Assembly (NCBI RefSeq): GCF_000281045.1
Contig: NW_008246085.1
Location: 37,888 to 101,887 of the forward strand
DNA from: Saprolegnia diclina VS20
Lineage: Eukaryota
Direction of reading: 5' to 3'
DNA: 64,000 nucleotides
Made by a program: the position numbers and the translations under genes. Positions 57,326 through 64,000 of this stretch are shown piece after piece (the first letter of the stretch is position 1; each line of letters opens with the position of its first letter). A model generated the notes under the pieces. The model saw only the letters and a list, made by a program, of their open reading frames with translations. It searched no databases and had not been told where the DNA came from.

Positions 57326-58456
57326 TTATACGGTCCAGGGCTCGCACTGCATCCCCATGAGCTTATCGATTTGCATCTTGATCGCTTCCTCGAGCGACCG
57401 CGTGCCTTCCGTGTACGCATTCATCAGATAGTCGGGGACGACACCGCCGGCGACAAGCTCGCCCGGGCGCAGCCACGCCTTCTGCACGAAGCGGCCAAGC
57501 GCAGCACCGCTCTCATCGACGTCAAAGGCGAGCCACGAGACTTCGTTGCACGTGACATAGGCCGGGTCGAGCGGCAGCAATTCATCTTCCATGACGCTCC
57601 GGCACACAAAGACGCAGCGGGATGGCGACTCCATGTACTTTTTCACGACCGTGCGCGACTGCGAGTTGCCGAGCTCGTGGAGGCAGTACGAGTTGGTGTA
57701 GGCTGTAGAGGCATCAATGTGCTCCAAGACCGTGTAGTGGCCGGGGAACGCAGAGACTTGGACGGCGCCGCGGAGGACGGCCCAAGCAGCCTCGGCCACG
57801 ATCGAGAGCGGCACCGCAAACCGCCCGATCACGATTTCTTCGATTTCAATGTTGCCATTGGCAAGGAGCTGGGGCATCGCGCGCCGATGGTCGCCGTGCG
57901 CAAAGTCGATGATGCCGACCTCGATGAAGACGCTGTCCATCTTGGCGTACTCGTGGTCAACCAGGGCGTGGTAGGCAGCATGACGCGCACGGGGCTCGGC
58001 CACGAGCTTCAGGAGCTTCCATTGCTGATCTTGGGCTGTGTCATCGAGTGTAGGTCGTCGCTTGAGGATCTCGACAAGACACTCGGCAAAGTGAACTTGC
58101 TCTTCAATCGCCGTCTTCAAGCGCTTGTTCTCGTGCAGCACGTCGGCCTGCCGCTTGCGCTCGTCCTTGGCCAGCTTCTTCCACTTGCTATCGGGTTCTG
58201 GCGGAAACATGGCTTGCGTGAGTGTGAGTTGCGTGAGCTGGCCTTGAAGCTCGTCGACCTTGCGCTTCAAGTAGACGAGCTCGTCTTGCTGCTTCTTGCG
58301 GTGGCGCTGCGTGCGCTGCGACGCGAGCTTGGAGGCGTGGCGCCGCTTCGCCTCGGGGCTCGAGGACGACAGCGATGACGGTGTAGGGCGGATGACCTCG
58401 AGGATCTCGAACTCTTCGGCCGTGAACTGCGGCCCCGGCCACGCGCTGCTATTCAT
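57326..58456 (-). CDS. bZIP-like/START-like array member 8
   Basis: QRTQRHRKKQQDELVYLK; highly similar to member 9 end to end (SAW.G...; ...PWTV*). Confidence 0.87.
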   Translation of the reverse strand: MNSSAWPGPQFTAEEFEILEVIRPTPSSLSSSSPEAKRRHASKLASQRTQRHRKKQQDELVYLKRKVDELQGQLTQLTLTQAMFPPEPDSKWKKLAKDERKRQADVLHENKRLKTAIEEQVHFAECLVEILKRRPTLDDTAQDQQWKLLKLVAEPRARHAAYHALVDHEYAKMDSVFIEVGIIDFAHGDHRRAMPQLLANGNIEIEEIVIGRFAVPLSIVAEAAWAVLRGAVQVSAFPGHYTVLEHIDASTAYTNSYCLHELGNSQSRTVVKKYMESPSRCVFVCRSVMEDELLPLDPAYVTCNEVSWLAFDVDESGAALGRFVQKAWLRPGELVAGGVVPDYLMNAYTEGTRSLEEAIKMQIDKLMGMQCEPWTV

Positions 58457-59104
58457 GGGGATGGTAATGATGATGTGCAGTTGGCAAGTACGCCATCGAG
58501 CTGCGCCATCAGTAGTGAATCAATCAGAAAACCTCCCAAACTTTATGCTTGGGCACGTACCGTCTGTCGGAATGATGGTGCCGAACTGGGTTGGGCGTTC
58601 GCTGATTGCAAGCGTGAGCTGCGTCAGGTCATCGTGGCGCGCCGAGCGCAATACGATTCTTGTCTTTCACTGCATTTAGCCACACGGATGCCACAGCCGC
58701 CGGGCCACTGCAAACGCGTGTTATAATCCGCCACTCGAAGCCAGGGTGACGTGGCACGCCAGTAGTGCGTGGTGACTTTGTGGGCGGTTGTTTGGGACGC
58801 CGTTATCACATACCGGTACTGCACTTGAACGCAGAAGATGCAAGCGCATCGATAAGACCATGTGAGTCACCACGAGTCATATGCTGGTATCTTTTTCACG
58901 GGGGTATCGTTAGGCAGCTCTAGCTTCAACGGTGGGTCGCTCGTCACCGAGTACGCATTCATGATCACTACCATTGAAGCACAGGTCATTGCAGCACCGG
59001 TCTAAACTCATGTGCATGTGTTGAGTGGATCACAACATTATCCTAGTACAAATGGAACGACCTGTGCGCAAGAAACACTGCTGGAATGAACAATGCAGCA
59101 ATAG

Positions 59105-60253
59105 TTATACCGTCCACGGTTGGCAGCAGCCGCCCATGAGCTTTTCAATTCGAGTTTTGATCGCGTTCTCAAACGTCCGGGTGCTCTCTGTGAAGGCGTC
59201 CATCAGATAGTCGGGCACGACGCCGCCTGCGCCGAGTTCACCGGGACGCAGTCGAGCTTTCTGGACAAAGCGCCCGAGCGCAACGCCAGCCTCGTCCATG
59301 TCCAAGGAGAGCCACATGACTTCGTCGCAAATCTCGTACGCAGGGTCGAGCGGCTTGGCTTCATCTTCCATGACACTTCGGACCACAATGACGCAGCGGG
59401 ATGGTGACTCCATGTACTTTTTCACGATGGCGCGCGACTGCGAGTTGCCGAGCTCGTGGAGGCAGAGCGCGTTGATGTATGACGTCGAGGCGTCGACATC
59501 TTCGACGATCGTATAGTGGCCCGGAAAGGCCTGGAGCTCAACCGCACCGCGAAGGACGTCCCAAGCTGCCTCGGCCACGATGAAGAGCGGCACCGCAAAG
59601 CGGCCGTAGGTAATCTCTTGCACTTCAATGTCACCGTTGGTGAGCATGACTGGCATGGCACGCCGGCGGTCTCCGGCACCGACGTCGACGATACCAGCTT
59701 CGATGAAGACGCTGTCGATCTTGGCGTACTCGCGGTCTGCGATGGCGTGGATCGCTTCGAGGCGCGCAGTCGGTTCGGCCACGAGCTTGAGAAGCTTCCA
59801 CTGGTCCCGTGTTTCTTCGTTCGCGAGCGTCAGGCGCGGTCGCTTCTTGATCATTTCGACGAGACACTCAGCAAACTGCACCTGCTCTTCGATGGCCGCC
59901 TTGAGGCGGCTGTTTTCATTTGATACGACTTGCTGTCGCTTGCGCTCGTCCCTGGCCAGCTTCTCCCACTTGCTCGCTGGCTCGGCTGAAAGCGCCTTCT
60001 GTGATACGGTGAGCTGCTTGAGCTGGGCTTGCAGCTCGTCGACCTTGCGCTTCAAATACATGAGCTCGTCCTGCTGCTTCTTGCGGTGGCGCTGTGTGCG
60101 CTGCGTGGCGAGCTTGGCAGCATGGCGCCGCTTGCGCTGCTGCTCGTCCGACGACTCGGAGCTCGTGGATGACGTCGACGGGCAGATGACGTCGAGGATC
60201 TCGCACTCCTCCAACGTGAGCTCGAGGCCCGACCACGCGCTCGTGCTGTCCAT
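59105..60253 (-). CDS. bZIP-like/START-like array member 9
   Basis: ATG 60253 (MDSTSAW); QRTQRHRKKQQDELMYLK; recent duplicate of member 8. Confidence 0.87.
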   Translation of the reverse strand: MDSTSAWSGLELTLEECEILDVICPSTSSTSSESSDEQQRKRRHAAKLATQRTQRHRKKQQDELMYLKRKVDELQAQLKQLTVSQKALSAEPASKWEKLARDERKRQQVVSNENSRLKAAIEEQVQFAECLVEMIKKRPRLTLANEETRDQWKLLKLVAEPTARLEAIHAIADREYAKIDSVFIEAGIVDVGAGDRRRAMPVMLTNGDIEVQEITYGRFAVPLFIVAEAAWDVLRGAVELQAFPGHYTIVEDVDASTSYINALCLHELGNSQSRAIVKKYMESPSRCVIVVRSVMEDEAKPLDPAYEICDEVMWLSLDMDEAGVALGRFVQKARLRPGELGAGGVVPDYLMDAFTESTRTFENAIKTRIEKLMGGCCQPWTV

Positions 60254-60653
60254 GGCGATATGTTCAAAGGAGACTGGTGCCGCCTGTCTGACGAGCTCAG
60301 AGCCTCTCAAAGTAAATAATTATCGGATTTCACCTCTAAGAATGCATGAATCTCATTTTCAGCGCCAAAGTGCATTCTGGGAATCATGTAAAATGCAGGT
60401 TCCAAGCTACCGTGAAAGACAAATTATCGACAAGAGGGATCGACATACTGCGAATGAACCAGCGAACGCGCAACGTCGCTTCATGGGTCTTGCGGGGCAC
60501 GCTATTTTTCGTCCGCGTGTCCCAAGCGCATCGCCAGAGTGATTGTGCTCACAGCGTAGGTCAACCGTGAAATTCACTCAGTACTGCCCGTTGACGCAGA
60601 TAGTACAACAGGCTAGTCGATTGAACGATGAACAATAGACTAACGAGCTGTTA

Positions 60654-61814
60654 TTATGGTCGCTTCTTGGGCGGCAGAGGTTTCGAGAGGAGCCGATAGA
60701 GCTGCGTCTTGATTGTGTGCTCAAACGTCATGGAGCTTTGCTCACAGAGCTCCATGAGGAACTGGCAGAGCGCGAGGTGGCTGCGGTCGTTCTGCTCGTC
60801 GGCAAAGTACGTGGGCTTCATCCGCTGAAAGTACCGTGCCCGCGCGAGGCCCGTTGTCGGATCGCAGTCAAAGGCGACCCACGACACCTCATTGGCAATC
60901 GCGCAGCCGTCGACGAGCGGGTGGAGCTCGTCTTCGTGGATCGAGCGGCTGATGATGACTTGACGGTTCGCTTCAATGTACCGCTTGACGATCATGCGTC
61001 CTTGGTACCCGCCGTTGGAGTGATACCACATCGACGAGATGTACACAGTCGACGGGTCGACTTGGTGCAGCTGCTGGTACGAAACGTGGGTGCCCGTCGT
61101 CGTCTCGAGCTCGACGGACCCGCGGAGCACCTGCCACGAGGCTTCAGCGAGCAAGTTGAAGTGCACGCCGTACAGGATGAAGACGGAGACTTGCACTTCG
61201 AGGGCACCGTTCACAAGCTTGGGGACGTACGAATGTGTCTCTTCGTGGAGGTCGATGAGCCCACCTTCGATCATGACCGTGTCGAGCTTGGCATACTCGC
61301 GGTCCACGATCGCATGGAAGGCCAACGCCCGGGCTGTTGGGTCAGCGACAAGCTTGAGCAGCTGCCATTGGTCGTTCGCGTCGGCCGAGAGGAGGCCGAG
61401 TCGTGGCTTCTTCTCTAAGATCGTGACGAGGTACTCGGCGAACTTGACTTGCTCTTCGATCGCGGCTTTGAGCCGCCGATTCTCGGTCATGACATCATGC
61501 TGTCGTTGCCGCGCGAGTTGCGCTAGCGTCTTCCACTCGCTCTGCGGTGTATTGCCGGCTTCGAGCTCCTTGACTTGCTGCAGCACGCGCAGATGCTCCG
61601 AGAGCTCGTGCACCTTGCGCTTTAAGAACGCGAGCTCGTCCTGGTGCTTCTTGCGATGGCGCTGCGTGCGCTGGGTACCCGGGAGGATGGCCTCGGGCCT
61701 CGGGCTCTCGCTGCTGCTGGTCGTCGGCGCCGGCGACATGACGACGTCCGGGACCGAGAGGTCAAAGTCGATGCCACTTAGGAGATCCTGGAGGCGGAGG
61801 TCGGCCTCGTCCAT
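60654..61814 (-). CDS. bZIP-like/START-like array member 10
   Basis: QRTQRHRKKHQDELAFLK; ENRRLKAAIEEQVKFAEYL; RSIHEDELHP; C-terminal PPKKRP (NLS-like). Confidence 0.87.
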   Translation of the reverse strand: MDEADLRLQDLLSGIDFDLSVPDVVMSPAPTTSSSESPRPEAILPGTQRTQRHRKKHQDELAFLKRKVHELSEHLRVLQQVKELEAGNTPQSEWKTLAQLARQRQHDVMTENRRLKAAIEEQVKFAEYLVTILEKKPRLGLLSADANDQWQLLKLVADPTARALAFHAIVDREYAKLDTVMIEGGLIDLHEETHSYVPKLVNGALEVQVSVFILYGVHFNLLAEASWQVLRGSVELETTTGTHVSYQQLHQVDPSTVYISSMWYHSNGGYQGRMIVKRYIEANRQVIISRSIHEDELHPLVDGCAIANEVSWVAFDCDPTTGLARARYFQRMKPTYFADEQNDRSHLALCQFLMELCEQSSMTFEHTIKTQLYRLLSKPLPPKKRP

Positions 61815-62618
61815 CGGCGCCCTGTCTGCGCGTCACCTCGAAACACCTCTAAGAAATGATATTCCGCACGACCAACATTCCGGCGGACAGTGAATCAATG
61901 TTGCTGACTCGGATGATCGATCACTCGCAGTGTTGACTGGTCCCTTGACGAGTCGCCTCGCGACGACCCACCCATGCGTTCTATGAGACCTTCCCGACCG
62001 CTAGTGTGCATTAATAGACTTGGTAAACATCAACCAGATCTCGTTGCACCAAAGCTGCTGAGAGCTTGGCAGTTGAGTGCTATAGAGCCAGAACCTTACT
62101 AGTACACCGCATTCTTTACCGTCAGAGAATACGGTCCGAGGCCACTGGCCCGAGGCGATGTACAGAGGGTCCGACGCATGGGTTTGAGGATCGCTGAGCT
62201 TGGATGGTTTTGAAGAAACGAGGGTGAAGAGGTTGCCTGCGTACAATACAATCGACAGATTTGCAAGCGCCCGTTGCACATGCTGATAGCAATTTCAAGG
62301 GGAATCTCTGCCTGTGGCTGCTAGCCCGGGTCTCCAGCCGCCCGCCTCTTCCACCCTTGGCTCAATAGAGGCCAGCGAAGTCGTCCATTTGGGTGCAGAG
62401 TAATGGGACTCAGGACTGTGTGGTCGATGACATCCTTGCGGGGGTAGTAAAAATAGCGCTGGATATGCGGCAGGGACGGGCTCTTTGGACCAATCGGAGC
62501 GCGCCATGTTTGAAAGCAGCGGTGGCCGCGTTCTGATTGGCTGCTAAAATACACCGGCAACAGCGCTCAGGTCCGATTTTGCCGGATGAAAGCCAAGAAA
62601 ATTCAATTCCTCTCGCGG

Positions 62619-64000
62619 ATGGCGACGTCCGAGCAGCCCGCCGAGGCGACGACGGTGACCAAGCGCAAGGCCGGCGCCAAGGAGGCCGAGCCCGCTACCG
62701 AGACATCGGAGGCCAAAGCCAAGCTGCCGGGCAAGATCCAGCAGCGCAAGGACCTCGGGACCAAGGCGTCCGGCGCGCCCAAGTTGAGCCTCCGCTTCAT
62801 CTTGATCCCGATCCTCGTCGCGTGCGCCGTCGCGTTCTGGAAGGTCAAGTTCCAGGGTGTGAAGCTCAACCCGCGCGTGCTCCTCGATGCTGCCAAGCAG
62901 AGTGTCGGCTACTCAGCCCACGAGTACGCTGACCTCTTTGCACCCGTCGGCAACAAGTACGCGAGCGACATTGTGCACATCCAGACGCGCAAGCTGCTCA
63001 CGCCGGACGCGACGTGCAGCCTCCCGACCGTCGTGACGCCCGAGCCCGTCCACGTCGACGTGGCGTTGGGCCACGCCGCCACGCTCCGTGCGACCGGCAG
63101 CGTCTTTATTGCGCTCAACGGCCGCGACGACGGCGTCCTCGTCCAGTGGCAGCCCAAGGACGGGTGCTTGTACGAGCTCGCTGTGGCCGCCGCCACCGCG
63201 CTCGGGAGCGACCCCGACTACTTTCCCAACGGTCTCCGCTTCTACAACAGCATGGGCGACCCGATTACGACCGCTGCCGAAGTCGACGCCGAGCGACTCG
63301 TGTACGTCCTCGTCGACTTTCAAATCTGGGTCTGGCCCGGCATCAAGGTCGGGTACACGCGCAACATTGACGGCATCTCGCTCAAGACGATCTCGCTATC
63401 GCCGCTCGTGTTTGACGTCGAGGCGTTCTTTGACGCCAAAGAAGCAGACGCGATCATTGCCGAGGGCATGAACAAGCTCCAGCGGTCGCCCGTCGACAGC
63501 AAGGACGCGACTGACGGGTACCACTCGGACCGCACGAGCTACACGGCGTTTCTCGACGACTCGGCGTTCACGCGCGACTTTCGCCGGCGCACGGCGGCCC
63601 TCGCACGTCTGCCAAGCCCGGCGCTTTCCGAGCGTCTCCAACTCGTGCGCTACGAGGCCGGTCAGTTCTTCCGCAAGCACGAAGACTACTTTGACTCGAA
63701 GGACTTCCTCGGCAAGAAGAACTTGGCGGTCGCCGACTACAAGGCGTGGTGTGCATGGGCCGCCGCCGCGATCGAGAGCCTCCCGATCGAGGCAAGCTTG
63801 GACCCGACCTTCCAGCGCGACGGGCCCATGTACCCGAACGCCGACGATACGATGACGTGGCAGCACAGCGTGCTGCAAGCGTTCCTCGACGACGCGGCGG
63901 CGACTGACTTTTTCACCGAGCACGCGGACGCCGAGTGGGGCGACTGGGTCAAGGAGAACGTGGCGAACGGCGCGAACGGCATCGTCGAGATCCTCCTCGA
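62619..64000 (+). CDS. Prolyl 4-hydroxylase-like 2OG-Fe(II) dioxygenase (paralog 2, truncated by window end)
   Basis: ATG 62619 (MATSEQPA); TM; SDIVHIQTRKLL, DFQIWVWPG, RSPVDSK, RTSYTAFL, HEDYF; collinear with 41828-44081. Confidence 0.88.
   Translation, partial: MATSEQPAEATTVTKRKAGAKEAEPATETSEAKAKLPGKIQQRKDLGTKASGAPKLSLRFILIPILVACAVAFWKVKFQGVKLNPRVLLDAAKQSVGYSAHEYADLFAPVGNKYASDIVHIQTRKLLTPDATCSLPTVVTPEPVHVDVALGHAATLRATGSVFIALNGRDDGVLVQWQPKDGCLYELAVAAATALGSDPDYFPNGLRFYNSMGDPITTAAEVDAERLVYVLVDFQIWVWPGIKVGYTRNIDGISLKTISLSPLVFDVEAFFDAKEADAIIAEGMNKLQRSPVDSKDATDGYHSDRTSYTAFLDDSAFTRDFRRRTAALARLPSPALSERLQLVRYEAGQFFRKHEDYFDSKDFLGKKNLAVADYKAWCAWAAAAIESLPIEASLDPTFQRDGPMYPNADDTMTWQHSVLQAFLDDAAATDFFTEHADAEWGDWVKENVANGANGIVEILL

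Overview
GC-rich, gene-dense eukaryotic DNA with short (~45-60 nt) GT-AG introns, CCAAT-rich promoters and oomycete-type genes. It is most consistent with a saprolegnialean oomycete (Saprolegnia-like); a conventional squalene epoxidase indicates a sterol prototroph. The left 44 kb carries mostly housekeeping genes: PAT1, ISWI, squalene epoxidase, DOT1-like, SFT2, an EF-hand protein, RPS29, an unconventional myosin with a SHOCT/Zn-ribbon/PX/GAT-like tail, SEC31, two GPRP-like paralogs, a flavin reductase-like gene, a rhomboid, DEPDC5/IML1 and a prolyl-4-hydroxylase-like gene. An ORF-invisible cluster of three box C/D snoRNAs (snR77/SNORD65-, snR48/SNORD60- and snR54/SNORD59-like) with its own promoter lies at 40.28-40.84 kb. 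The right 18 kb is a co-oriented tandem array of nine intact and one decayed intronless genes. Each encodes a non-canonical bZIP-like basic/zipper region, a coiled coil and a START/SRPBCC-like C-terminal domain, and the array is bracketed by two P4H-like paralogs. Together with two bZIP + SnoaL/NTF2-like genes flanking squalene epoxidase, these are candidate ligand-binding transcription factors (inference). All protein and RNA family calls come from motif recognition by eye; no searches were run.
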